In this document: one piece after another, positions 1-13,022 of the stretch
Position numbering within the stretch: position 1 is the first letter of the stretch
Layout: the number at the start of each line of letters is the position of its first letter
Assembly: GCA_028534125.1 (NCBI GenBank)
Contig: CM052816.1
Span: 41,728,001-41,792,000, forward strand
Source of the DNA: Lama glama
Taxonomy: Eukaryota
Reading direction: 5' to 3'
DNA: 64,000 nucleotides
Translations under genes and position numbers: made by a program
Notes under the pieces: generated by a model
Seen by the model: the letters and a program-made list of their open reading frames with translations, nothing else
Databases searched by the model: none
What the model was told of the DNA's origin: nothing

Positions 1-49
1 TTCAATAGAATTAAAAACTTAGTGAACACAATGAATGTACCTTAACACA

Positions 50-285
50 CATATATTTATATTTTTGTAATGCATTTGATACAGTATCTCAATAAATCTT
101 ATTTGCCAACCTAATTAGCATTGGCTTTGCTATGTGCTCTGTCACATGGACTGAGAACTGGCTGGAGGACAAACCCTAATGACTTAGGGCAATGTGTTGA
201 CTATAGGGTCAGTGAGAGGTCTGGTTTTGCTTAATGTCTTTATTAATGATCTGGAAGAAAGAGTAAATAATTCTTGAATGAAATA
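50..285 (+). mobile_element. CR1/L3 LINE fossil, reverse-transcriptase fragment
   Basis: Translates as IYLYFCNAFDTVSQ*ILFANLISIGFAMCSVTWTENWLEDK and then GLVLLNVFINDLEERVNNS*MK. These match the CR1 RT motifs IYLDFSKAFDTVSH...W..NWL and GPVLFNIFINDL. Confidence 0.85.
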
Positions 286-344
286 ATAATTTAATGACAG
301 GCACATGGGCTAACTAGATAACATAAGAAGTAAGCACCAGCTGC

Positions 345-455
345 AGGCTTGCTACTGATTTGAAGGAGGCCAGTCACTTGATCTTTCTGAGTCTGTTTCA
401 CCATGTGGAAAATGGAGATAATGGCTTGTGAGAAAGCAAAGATAAGATTACATGA
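345..455 (+). mobile_element. MIR SINE fragment
   Basis: MIR core-like agtcacttgatctttctgagtctgtttcaccatgtggaaaatggagataat. Confidence 0.6.
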
Positions 456-1186
456 TTTCAAATACAAAGTATGATAATACTCCCTCTGATAGTATTTGGT
501 GCTTATCTACTGCTTATAACACTTGGTAGGAGTCACCTGAATATGGCAGAACATGGGGTAGGGCCAGTATCAGAGAGGAAGAGAACAACTCTGTCAAGGG
601 ACAACATGTTTGGAGGACAAATGGCTAAAATGCCCTAAAAAGGGCATTGTAAATGGGTGGAGGAAACTCAGGGAGAATAGGAAGCTGAAGAAGCAACACA
701 ACCCTTTGTGGGGAAACAGGGAGACCCGCCCCGTGCTGCCCACTTTTTATTCTTCTGGTTGTGCACACGGTACTTTCTGGTACAGTGTGCAAAGAGGATG
801 TGTTTACCCTTAAGTACTCCTTAATTCCTGTTCAGTTTGTATATAAAATATGTGAGATATTTAAATGCAACGTAGAAGTCAGTAAACTGTTTCAGGTAAA
901 ACCTCACCAGTGATTATCTTGGTAGAGTTGCTTCTAGTCTGATGTAGTGTTAGGAACAGTTTTCTTGGTTTATACAAGGCAGTTTGCTAGAGGGAGGTAG
1001 CCTGGGGGTGGTGGCAGTGCTCATTTACATAAATGATGAAGCTAAAAAGATTTTTTCTCCACTGAAATATGATTATCAAACAGACCAGAATTCTTGTGAC
1101 AGCTGAAGAGTATTGTTTTTTTTTTTTATAGCAAAGAATCTCAGGAACCAAATTAACATTAGATCACTAGTTCTCTCACTAGTAAA

Positions 1187-1292
1187 GCAGGTTTGCCCAA
1201 ACTAGCCTGATCCTAAGTATTTTCCAGGAGGGCTTCTTAAAAACCTAGATCTCTGTATCTCACTCCAGACTCACCAAAGCAGAATCCCCAAA
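1187..1292. mobile_element. MER5-type hAT-Charlie fragment
   Basis: gagggcttcttaaaaacctagatctctg...ctccagactcaccaaagcagaatc resembles MER5A/B. Confidence 0.5.
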
Positions 1293-3004
1293 GTAGCCAG
1301 AGTAACTGTTATAATTATACAAGTGTGAGAAACCTCAAGGTTGGGTAAAGGGAACTGGATTGTTCCAAACAGTTGTCTAATCAATCTGTGATATGCTGAT
1401 GAAATGCTATCTACTGAAGTATGGTCCTTCCAAGCTGACCCAATATTTATATTGACTTATTAGGGCTTTTTTTTTTCCCTGCATAGAACCAAAGATTGCA
1501 TAGAAAATAGAATAGTTTATTGTTTGTTCAGTTTTCCATCACAATTAGCAAAACCTAAGTTACTACTTGAGAATCTCCTTTTATAATTTTTTCTAAGTGT
1601 AGTTTATTTTTCATGAGTTACTTATTTTTTAATTCATTTACAATTTATATCCCGCCTGTTTCCAAAAAAAAGTTTGAGGACTATATCTCAAACTGTGTTT
1701 TCAACAGAGGTTGAGGAAAAAAACTTTGGAGTCCTTGATGTGACTGGGGTGGGGGTCTCATCAGCAACATTCTTAGGGCACTGAGACTGAAATTCATGCC
1801 TCCCTCCCTTAAAACAGCATTCTTTATGCTAAGCCACAGATTTTAATTTACTTGGGAGACAAAGCAATACAAAACAAGGCAAAAATACAATGAAACATTA
1901 GCTGTGTGCTCTGGTAGAACTGTAAAAATGGCAAAAAGTTAGAGGGAGACTAAGCAGGCACTCCCAAACAGCACATTAGGGTCCTCTTTACATAAGAATC
2001 CTTTTCTGGTGCTATCTGGGCTGGTGAGAGCCAAGCTCATCTCTGATACAGGACCCTTGGGCCCCTATCCACACCATTTCCAGAAGTAAAGATTTCAAGA
2101 TTAATCTGATGCTTAGAAAATCTAAGACACAACCAAAATTAGCATTAAGTGGGAGGGTGGTTTGGAGGAGAAGACCCCAGAAAAAATATTCAGGAATAAA
2201 ACCCTAACTCACTGAGGAAAGAAACAAGTTATTCTATGAAATAACATGGAAAAGACTCAGGAGTTAAAAAAAAAAATAAGATCCTTGGAGACCACTGTTA
2301 AATAGGTTATAAAATGATACAAAAAACCTTCTTTGAAAATGTAAATCTACCATAAATGATCATTTGCGGCCACACTTTACTTTGACTAAATATCATCATT
2401 GTTCTAAAAGATTTTTTGGTGTATATTTTGTGTCTGAGGTAAGTTTTGTCTGTTTAATGTATTTTCTGTAAGGATAGCTAACATTTCACTGTCTTTCTTT
2501 CCTGACAGGCTGTGGCTTGTATATCTTGATTAATCTTTTTTCCTTTTAATAGCAAAAATTTTCCCTCAAAGAGAATTCAGCTTGTGTTGCATATTAGTAC
2601 TGGGTAAATTCTGCCCCATTGACACCGGCAGAAGCATGGCACTGCAACTCGATTAGGTTCAGGTTACACGTATCCGAAACCATTCAGCTGACGTCTCTCA
2701 GTAGCTCTGTCTTCACCTCCTTTCTCCCCCACGAATTATCTCACATGAATTCTGCACTCACACATCTTTATGTTTCAGGGGATCCTCAGAGAAGGAAACA
2801 ATCCCTTTCCGACCAGGACCTACCACTTTGCCAGGGAAGCTATCAGCTCATACAGTCCTTCTGTGTGGAAGGGGCTATCAGAGTGGAGTTTATTTTTTCA
2901 TAATATAAGGTCTTGTTTCCACTTTTTAAAATAGAAACCATACTGCATTTTCTTGCTTTTCAGTTTTAGCTCTTCTGCCTCCTAGCAGTGTGAAGAGCTG
3001 GTAG

Positions 3005-3147
3005 CTTCTGAGTCCTAATTTCCTCATCTTTTAAATGAGGACGTTACCCAGGTTTGCTATGAAAGGAGGAGCTGGTGAACCCAATACATCCAGCACAGTG
3101 CCAGGCACACGGTTGGTGTCTGATAAGTGGGAACTACTATCATTATG
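3005..3147 (+). mobile_element. MIR SINE
   Basis: tttcctcatcttttaaatgagg...cagcacagtgccaggcacac...ctactatcattat (MIR core and tail). Confidence 0.75.
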
Positions 3148-3989
3148 ACAGAAATATTCCATTCTTATTAATTAAATATTTAGCTTTTCTTTCCCCCATG
3201 GTCATAGGTTTTATTCTATGTTCCTCTCAAGTTCTAAAAAAGTTTTGATTTTTTAATATTGGTGATTCACAACCACATTTAAGCTCTTTTTGTGTTTAAG
3301 TTCTTATGGTTATTTAATTAGGTTATAAAATATTTTATTAATTTCCTTTAAAATCACATTTTCCATTTATTATTCTACGTTTCATTTCCCTTCATTTACT
3401 CTTCTGTTAATGTATATATGAATGTGTGTGTGAATTTACTTATTTATTTCATGGTTTTTATAATCAAGGCTCATATGAAAGCAAGGCAACAGAAGTGGAA
3501 ACAGCTTTATCTTATCATGAAGGGTTGGTGGGAGCCTTTCCTCCAGCCATGCCTCAACCATGTTTAACAGAGCTCCTAGCATGTGTAAGGAAAGAAGCAA
3601 AATCTTGAGAGGCTTAGGACAGCTCTGACTTAACTCTCCCCATGTTAAAATTTACTAATACATATGGAACACTTATTTTTACCACAGCACCATAGTCTCA
3701 TGACATTCATTAATTACACCAGTATTTTTACTTTCTAATGTTGTTCTTACTGTTATTAATGTCATTTCTTGGCAACACCAGTAATTAAAAACATATTTAG
3801 AGAAACAGTGCAAATAATTCATTTATACTTTCTCATTTGCTTATTAAAAATGAGTGTCCCTTTCATTAATTTATCTATCCAATAAATAAAATACTGAATA
3901 CTTTGTTGAAGGGACAGTTTTTGGGCCAGTTTGTCACCATTTAGTTGTGTAGTTCTGCAGTTACCTAAACGTAGCTGTTAGTTATATAC

Positions 3990-4306
3990 AGTGAATTGAG
4001 CACTTGAAATGTGGCTAGCGTGACTGAATTTAAATTTTATTTAATTTTAACTACTTTAAATTTCAATTTTAATACTAAAGCAATGTAAAATAATTTCCCA
4101 TGAAACACAATTTTATTGTATGTACAATATCTCATTAATAATTTTTATATTGATTACATGTTGAAATGGCAATTTTTAAGATATATTAGGTTTAATTAAA
4201 TACATTATTAAAATTAACTTTACCTATTTCTTTTGACCTCTTCTTAGTGTGGCTACTAAAACATTATACATATGGCTTGCATTATATTTCAGTTAGCTAG
4301 GGCTGC
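3990..4306. mobile_element. MER33/MER3-like hAT-Charlie DNA transposon
   Basis: gagcacttgaaatgtggctag...gattacatgttgaaatg...gtggctactaaa...cattatatttc. Confidence 0.75.
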
Positions 4307-4654
4307 CAATCCTACATCCATCAAACAAGAAGCAAATACGAAGTAGAATCAAAATGACATGTAGAAAAAGAATCACTGGTTGGTAGACATTTTAGGAACT
4401 TATAAAAAGAAAATTTAATCATGATTCACAAAGAGTTAGAAATGAATCACCTAAAGACACCTCTTCATTTGAGTCTGAAAAGTTGGCGAGTGTCCACAAG
4501 GGCGGGAGCAAGCAATGACCAAAGTCCTAGACATGATAGAAAAAAAAAAGCCTGACCTAGTTGAGAGGAGTTAGCAGTGAGAATTGATATTATAACATAT
4601 AGGAGTTGGAAGGAGTTAAAAATTATTGTCTAAACTCCCACTCTGTGCAAAAAG

Positions 4655-5215
4655 TTCTTTATTCAGTCAGCCGTCAACAAGTACTTACGGTATACGTACA
4701 GCGTGTTAGGCACTGTTCTACTCTAGATGTTGAAGACACAGCAGCAAATGAAACAGACAAAAACTTTTGCTACAATCTTGTTCAGAGAGATAATAGACCA
4801 TTTATAAATGAATGGACAAGAGAAAGGACAGTTTCAGACTTTGATAGTACTAGGGAGAAAATAAAATGGTGACTGGTACAGAGAGATGGAGAATAAAGGA
4901 AGGTACCCTCAGCTAGTTTAGATGGAGCACTTGATCACGGAGGAAATGACACAGAAGCTGAAAGTTGGAAAACAAAAAACTGCCGACTGAACCAAGGTGG
5001 AGTCAGCAGATGAACCTACAAAACAGAAAGGTCTGAGGATCAATAACATGGTATGTTCCAGAAACAGATCACTGTGTTGGTACCACGGGGAGCATGAACC
5101 TGGAGACACGAGCAGAAGCCAGATCACATCTGACCTGAGAAGCCAATATAACGACACTGGATGTACAATGAAAAACTGTTAAAGAATTTTGATAAGAAGT
5201 GCAATATAAACTGAT
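4655..5215 (-). mobile_element. L2 LINE 3' region
   Basis: Reverse L2 tail tcaacaagtactta...aggcactgttcta...acagcagcaaatgaaacagacaaaa followed by purine-rich L2 body. Confidence 0.75.
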
Positions 5216-5384
5216 TTCCTGCTGGTTGGTGGAGAATGGGTTATGGAGGAAAAGAGAATATTCTTCCAACATCCAGGAACTGGAAGTCATGCCTCCCTCT
5301 TTTGCATTCCTATACAAGGTTATTAGTACATCTCCTAGGGCACTTTCCCCTCCTTACCTTGTTTTCTGATTATTCAGGTCTTAG

Positions 5385-5495
5385 ATCCACTATCTGGGAA
5401 AAACTCAGTCTGATTCATCTTTATCTCTCCCATAGTCTCAGCACAGTGCATTGAACATAATGAGCCTTCCATGAATATTTATTAAATGAATGAAT
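5385..5495 (+). mobile_element. L2 LINE 3' end
   Basis: cagcacagtgcattgaacataatgag...atatttattaaatgaatgaat terminus. Confidence 0.7.
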
Positions 5496-5869
5496 CATGG
5501 AGTGGATGATAATTTAAACACTGCTTGAATACTTTCAACGACAAAAAGGGCATTAGCTTCATAAAGCAACCCATTCCACTGTTACAAGGTTCTTATAAAA
5601 TCTTTTTTTTTAAGTTTAAAAAATGGATACAAAATGGATATTTCTTTTATTTTTACTTATTCATCTTTACTCTTTCATTTGTCTGTGGAAGAGCAGAGAA
5701 GAACTACATTTCATCTCAAAAAGATCATCCTTTAACTTACTACTGACAGTGGCTGTTTTCACAAATGTTTTATCTTTGTCACTCCCAATCTTTTCAGTAC
5801 TTTTAGATGAATGTTTTTATTTACTTTCTCTCCTTCATCACTTTCCTCAATTTACACTTTAGTTTATCA

Positions 5870-6035
5870 TAACCTCTTTAAAATAGGATGCCTAAATTTG
5901 AATACGATATGCAACATGAATCTGAAAAGTTAGAGCATACTGAGGCTATTACTAACTTTGATGGAGGTTCATCCATGAATGCACGCTAAACATTTTTAAT
6001 AGCTTCACCAAAATACTAGTTCATATTGAAATGCA
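5870..6035 (-). mobile_element. CR1/L3 LINE fragment
   Basis: tttaaaataggatgcctaaatttgaatacgatatgcaacatgaatctga resembles antisense L3 RT C-terminal sequence (ggtgcccagaactgaacacaatactccagatgtggtctga). Confidence 0.5.
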
Positions 6036-7899
6036 TAATGAAATTATTAAGATGTCTCAACTGGTTGTATGTGATGAGTGGCCTGGGCTTGCTGATGGTT
6101 CATTGAAGCAACTGAAATAGGTAGGCTAGAGTCAGGGAACATCTCACAGAGCCTTCTCATGGTGTGATTTGAGATAATATTAATAAATGAGTGTTCAATT
6201 GGTAATGGGTATTATCTTTCTAAATCACAGATACGCACTTTATATGCATTTGGCAGGGATCTTAACTCTCTTAATCCCCTATTTCTCAATTTCGGCTTTG
6301 TGAACCACTAAATATGAGATGGCTTGCACATATAATGTAGTTCAAATCTGAGGAGAAGGAAATTTTGGAGTAGAAAAAATCTATTTGAAACAGAAAGTTC
6401 TTCTTTATAGCAGGTCTCATAGGTACGTCTTAACTGCATTTGCCTTCAGAGTTACAGAACCACAAAGTTGGAGGTAAGCATAAAGACAACCTCCCAATCT
6501 ATTTAGTAACCTCCTTTTTCAAACTCTTGGTAATGAACTTTAAGCGTTACATTTACTTCCACTGATTGGTTCAACGATAACTTAAAAGATGAAGAGAAAA
6601 ATTAGTAAAATCTACATGTTATTTATCTGAATGAAGCATGATGATAATACATTGCATGGCTTTCTTGTTTTGTCCCTTGTAACATACATTCATCTAATTA
6701 TCTTCTTCTTATTTTTTTTCTTTGCCCTGGTATCTTCTGCCCTTTTAAAATGCACTTTTAATTTCTGTTTATGTAAGTCATTTAAAATCTTTTGTGGAAC
6801 AAGGTATAAGTCCATCCGTCTTGAGGCTCAAGGTTAAACTTAAGCTTTTATTTTTTCTGGATAGAAAAGAAAATGCATGAAGCAGTGGTCCATTAACCTA
6901 GAAACATCTAGTGGTCTAGAATCATGCTATTTCTTTTGCCTGTTCTGAGAGGAATAGCTCATATTACTGATTCAGAAATAAGAATTATCAGCAGTTTGCT
7001 CATTTTGTCTCAATTCTATCTTGAGTGACAATACATCTGTCATTGTGCCGAATCTTTTTTTTTGAATGTGGCATGTTTTCATTATGAATTAGTTATATCT
7101 CATTATAGTTTCATTGACTAGATTCTTAAATATTCTCAAAAATGCATCTCCTAAGTCAATCTTTACCCACATTATATAAAAATAGGTTCCCATGTAAAAA
7201 TAAGGTAAAATTTTGACAATAAAGTTAATATTCTCAGATAATTTCTAGTTCTTTTGGTCCACTCAGAATTAAAGATACAATCTATTATTGAGAAAACATG
7301 TCAATGAAAAATAAAACATTCTGAACAGAAAACTTGTTTTGATTCCCTTGTGCCTAGAAATAAACTGAGGGTATACTTTTTTCCACCAAGAATCTTAAAA
7401 AAATTATTCTCTCAGTGAAAGTGGGGACCCAAAACTGTCCTTAAATAATGAAACAAATAAAATTAAAAGCTTCTTGGTAGAATGAAGTGGTTGTGTCCAA
7501 GAAAAACTAGATGAAATATAAAAATAATCTATTAAAGGCATCTGAGAACTGCTGAAACAACAATAAGAACTGCAAGAGTCACTAATCCAGAGAAGGGATA
7601 CTCAGCAGCGAGGTATATACGTTAACTCTTGGTGCACACGGAAGATGTGTACACTGGTTATGTACCACACAGAAAAGCCAGCAGAGCTTCTGGAAGACTT
7701 GAAAATGGTGTGCTAAAATTATAGACTAAAGGAATTTCAAACATAGGGCTGCTTCACTCTCAAGTTATTTACCAAATTTTGAAGCTAAACAAGGATAGAG
7801 GCTAAAAACACAAGCAAAAAAATGCTGAAAAATAGAGCAGAATTGTGTTTGTCTTTACTTCCAAGGAGGCAATCAATGATTACAGTTTGAGACTTTCAG

Positions 7900-8750
7900 G
7901 GGGAGATAATAGATGGATTTGGTGGCAGATTTAAAGAGTAGAAGATAAGATTAAGGAGCTAAAAGACAGGTAATTAGAAAATGTATAAAATAAAACAAAC
8001 AAAAAACACTAAAGTAGATTACAAATGAGCATTAGATCCATGTGGACCACAGTGGAAAGTTCTACAATACATGTAATTGGAGTACCAAAGAAAAGAGAAA
8101 GACAGAAACAATATTAAAAAAGATAGTGACAAATAATTTTTCTAAAATTGATGAAAAATATCAACCCAAAGATTCCAGGTTTGTGAACCCCAAACAGGAT
8201 TAAAACATTAACTAGATACACAGTAATGAAACTGCTTAAAACCAAAGAAAAGAAGAAATTCGCCTGAGAAAAAGACGCCCTACCTTCAGAGGAGCAACAG
8301 CAACAACAGAAACAGGAGACAATGGAGTGACAACTTTAAAGTGCTGGGGAAAAAAAAAAAAACCACACAGAAAACTTTCAACCTAGAATCCTATCCTAGG
8401 GAAATATCCTTAAAAATGTTTTTTACAAAACATGACTTGAGAAAATTAATCATCAGAAGCCACGTCTTAAGAGAAATATTAACAGAAGTTCTTTATATAG
8501 AAAGAAAACGATCTCAGATGGAAACAGGGAAATAGAAAGTATAAATAAACAGGAGAGGATGAACAGATGGATAAATATAACTGAATATTGGTTGTTCAAA
8601 AGATATTTAAAAATTATATACAACTGAAATGCATGAGAGTAATAACACAAAAGATGGGAAGAGTAACTATAATTAAAGCATTTAAGATAACAGCATTATG
8701 AGAAAAGAGGAAGAAGAAAGTTTTAACAACCTTTGTGAAACTGATCTTGA
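7900..8750 (+). mobile_element. Ancient L1 (L1M/HAL1-type) ORF1-region remnant
   Basis: atacatgtaattggagtacca...aatttttctaaaattgatgaaaaatatcaaccc...caacctagaatcctatcc are degenerate ORF1 motifs. May extend upstream to about 7480. Confidence 0.7.
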
Positions 8751-9981
8751 TTTTTTCCATGTTAATTACTTGGATAAACTTGGATAAATGCGAGTTTTTC
8801 CAGTACACCATCACAAATATTTGGGTACTAATATTGTAATACCAAACACTGCACAAAGTGGTTATCATGATTTATGCTTGGTTATGCTGTCATACATGTT
8901 CCACCAAGATTCTAAAATGGAAAAAAGCCTGGAAACAATTTCAGAATAAACTATATATTATGAATGTCATTAAAAATGGTGACAATGCAAAACTAACTGA
9001 GTTGAGAAGACTCGGTTCTTTCCTTTTATGGTCAACGTGTAAAACTTTGTGGTGCTTCACCAGATGAACATTAATCCCATAATTACACACATTAGAGATC
9101 AGAAATTTTCTGCCAGCAATTAAGAACCTGCAAGGGCACGGCAAACAAAGCGTGTTATTTATCAGTGGGAGACCCTCTCTTCACAGACAGCTGCCTGACA
9201 CACGGCCCAAAATGTGGTTCCCTTGTGTTTTGAAAAAGAAGGCATCTCCACTGGAAGGACAGGCATACAATAATGGGAATTTTGGCTTGCGTTTGCTCTG
9301 GCTGAATGACAGATCTTCACTGGTGAAAAATGGATTACATAACCTGCTCTGTATCACACACTCAGAAAACTGTTTGAGATGTGTAGGTTGACAGGCTGCC
9401 TAGTTCTTATTTCAGTTACAATGGAAAACATGACACTCAAGGAAGTTCTGTTTTGACCAAATTGAGATTTTTCCATTCCGCTATCCTCTCTTTCCTCCCT
9501 GTTTCCTTCCAAGGATAAATTTGCTTCCTTTCTTGGTGATTTATATTGCTACATGGTCTACAGTACAGCTTTACAGAGATATTTCTGTGTATGTAAAGTT
9601 TTATTTTGACTATCTCGAGATGATAAATTGGCTCTCATGGAACTGAGGGGATTTAATTTAATATCCAGAAAGACCTAGTCAAGTTGAGATAATTTCATGG
9701 ATAAGAGTTTCAAAACCTTTTAATCTGGTGCATTGAGATCTTTTTTGAAGAAGCATTAAAGTGTAAAGCTTTATTCACCATACTAATTTTGTTCATGATT
9801 TCTGATGTCTACATTAAAAAGTATGGAGAGGGTGTCCTCTATTAAAAGACATATGATACAAGCTAACTTTTTTAAAATAGACTTCTAGACGTTTTCCTCA
9901 AACTTTCAATAATTGCTAGAATTTATGAATGCAATATATACCTACCAATCTCTAAAGCTTAAGTTACATGTATTGTGACTC

Positions 9982-10102
9982 TAGGATTGTTAAAAAATAT
10001 AGAACACCCAGTTAAATTTGCATTTCAGGTAAATAATGAATATTTTTTGTTATAAGTATGTCCCAAATATTGTATTTTTATCTGTGAAGTCTAGCAACTC
10101 TA
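9982..10102 (+). mobile_element. MER53 palindromic DNA transposon, internally deleted
   Basis: tagg...cccagttaaatttgcatttcag...tataagtatgtcccaaatattg joined directly to tatttttatctg...tagcaactcta. Most of the second palindromic arm is missing. Confidence 0.75.
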
Positions 10103-10529
10103 TTCTCTGACACAGTTTTCAACAAAAGGTAGTTTAGGTGTCAATGGTTCAAGGATTATTAACTACAAGTTAAAAATGAGAAGATTTTGTGTGTGTGTGA
10201 TAAGACCTACCTAGTTTGCTTTTGGACACACAAAACGCTGCAGTTATGTATGTATATGGAAAGAAACTTTAAAACTTTGGTCAGGTCTTTCATTTTGTTT
10301 GTCTTGCTCTTTACTGCTTCAAATCTACATTTTCCCCCAGCATTCCATGGTCGTAGTTTATGGGGCCATCATAGAGAAAAATAGACAAGGCTGTTTACAG
10401 GCAATTTGGTGCAAGAGCCAACATATATGCATGCATACAGCCACATAATTTATGAAGTCCCCTCCCATGTTAGCAGATACCTTGTCCTTTCACACATTAA
10501 TGATAATGTTATTATTATCAAGAAGATAA

Positions 10530-10755
10530 TCTAGAACACAGATTTTAGAACCAGTGAATTTAGGCTTAACCCCAACTCTAACATATTGTAACAGTATAGC
10601 TTCAGAGGAGTTACTTAACCTCTCTATGCTTTGGTTTCCCCCTGTTAAACGGAGGTAATAATGGTACCCACTTTTGTAAGTTTGTTGTGCGGCTTTAATG
10701 TGCTAATGTATACAAAGCTCATACACAAGTGTTCAGCTCACAGTCAGTGCTATGT
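10530..10755 (+). mobile_element. MIR SINE, near full length
   Basis: agttacttaacctctctatgctttggtttccccctgttaaacggaggtaataatggtacc. Confidence 0.8.
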
Positions 10756-10960
10756 GTTTCTTGTGGTTGATACTTGTTTGTTTCCTAGGTGCAGTTAATA
10801 TGTCAAAGTTTTTGCACATATTACATTTAATCTTCATAACAATCACCTGAAATTAATTTTATTAATATATTTAATAATGTTCTATAATTTGACTACTTAG
10901 AAGAGTCAGGATTCAAGCCCAATGCTTTTAATCATAATGTTACCCTGTAATGTGTTCATT

Positions 10961-10993
10961 ACACACCCACATGCACACACACACACACACACA
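10961..10993. repeat. (CA)n microsatellite
   Basis: Direct reading. Confidence 0.9.
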
Positions 10994-12289
10994 TTCTCCC
11001 AGGATGAGGGGTTTTTTTGAGATATAGGTACTCGTGGCTTAAACCTGTATAACAAAGCCCATTTAATAGGGAATAGTGTTCACTGATTCTGCTTCCTTTT
11101 TCTTCCTTTTGCCAAGGTTAGGTTCATGAAATTCTAGGACTCCACAATCAATCTTTTACTTGGTTCGTTGCTTTTGTTTGTTGTATTAATCAGGTAATCC
11201 CAGTTGCAACTGTGTTAAAAAGTGCTGAGACTTTTCTGGATTATGAATGATCCTTAATAGTTCTTCATGTTTGACTGGGGCCTCCTGTGGCTGTGTGCTG
11301 ATCTACTTTCCCATCCTCCGGTACTCACAAGCATGAATGCACAAATGTGCACACACATGTGTATATTAAACTTGCTCAGCTTATTGAGAAACTGATTACA
11401 AACTATCCGATGATATCCTAGATTTCAAGATGATGACAAAAGAGGATTGTTCGTTCACATGTTGGATGGTGAAGGGACGACAAATACAGAGAAAACATTT
11501 GAGGAAATACTGTGAACATAGATAGCCAATTGAGGGGAGCTGCTTATCAGTCAAATGAAAATAAGGGAAGTTATTAAAACTATGCAACCACATTGAAACC
11601 TAGTATTGAAGGGCATTTTGGTCAAAGAAACACATTGCAACAACAGGGAGATGTGAAAAAATATGTTTTTTAAAACTCGAGTTCCTCAATATACCAAGAG
11701 GAAGACACATAATATTACTGATTTTTCTTGAAGAATCATTTCTTCTTATCTCCACTCCCTTAACCTCTTATAGATGTTTCCATTCTTCTCTCTCCCTGAA
11801 ATCTAAAAGACTCTCTCCTCCTTGCTCTGGGTAAAAACTCCCCTCTCAGCCGTCTCTTTGGCCTATTAAGTCTTCTCCTCCTCTCCCTTTTCTGTATCCT
11901 CCAGTCTTCTGTCTCTCCACACCCCTTTTCAACAGGATGCATCATCAGCAGTAATCTCCACCACCTCCAGTCCTCAGAGGACAGAAGAGGGTGAGAAACT
12001 GTGCAGACAAAAAGAGGACCCTCTTGGACAAGGGGAGGAAACAGAGGCCAGGATCATTCAATACTCATTCTTTCTCTCTTCTCCCTCTTTTCCCCTCTCG
12101 TCTCCTCTCCTTCCCTTGTGCTACCACTTTTGAAACACTTTGAAGACGCATATGAGACAAAATTATTTCAAGCGTTATTGCAGAAAGGAAGTAAATACAA
12201 TTTGTATCTACCCATTCTGCTAACTGACTTGTTTGTTGAAACTACCAAAGTATGAGATATTTATGACACTGATTCTTTTTCTTAGAGGC

Positions 12290-12398
12290 TCTGTCTGTCT
12301 TCCTCTTCCCTCTCATCTCTTTCTCGTTGTCTCTCTCTGACTCTGTCTCTGTCTCTGTGTGTGTCTCTCTCTCACACAAACACACACACATACACACA
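12290..12398. repeat. Compound (CT)n/(GT)n/(CA)n low-complexity tract
   Basis: Direct reading. Confidence 0.8.
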
Positions 12399-12787
12399 GT
12401 TCCCTGGTTTACATCCGAAGCTACCCATCACAACCAATTCATTTTGCTCTGTGGATCACAGACAAGTGATCTCCCAACCAGTTCTAATTTTTCATTCATA
12501 GGCATATTGTCTGCAAAATAGAGTCAAATTACTACGTGTAACTGAGAGATGTGGCAAGAGGGGCAAATAGGTGATTTATAAAAGTGTATTCTTTTACAGT
12601 TTAATATTTAGTGATACCTTGCAATAAAGATATACAAAATACTCAGGAATATGATCTCTATACTCCTGTGGTATACAAAAGCTTGATATTAGTAAAGTAA
12701 ATTAAGGATTTAATGTTTGTAATGTGGGAAACAAGGAAAGCAAGTGGAGAGAGATTTTAATGGACCAAGGGGATTATAAAATATATT

Positions 12788-13022
12788 AACAATAATAGCT
12801 ACCATTCATTGAGTACTGACTTTCTATGAGAAACTGAAAATCTTTAAGCATACATTATCTAATTTAACCCTTGGATCAATACTGACAGAGGTACTGCTAT
12901 CTCTGTTTTTGGAGGAAGGATCTGAAGTTTCCATAGATAAGTAACTGCCTATCATCTACCATAGGGCTTGTAAGTTGCAAAGCTGGGATTCAAAGTCATC
13001 TCTACCTGATCTAATGTGCTTT
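12788..13022 (-). mobile_element. MIR SINE
   Basis: aataatagctaccattcattgagtact...taagtaactgcc...agctgggattcaaa. Confidence 0.8.
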
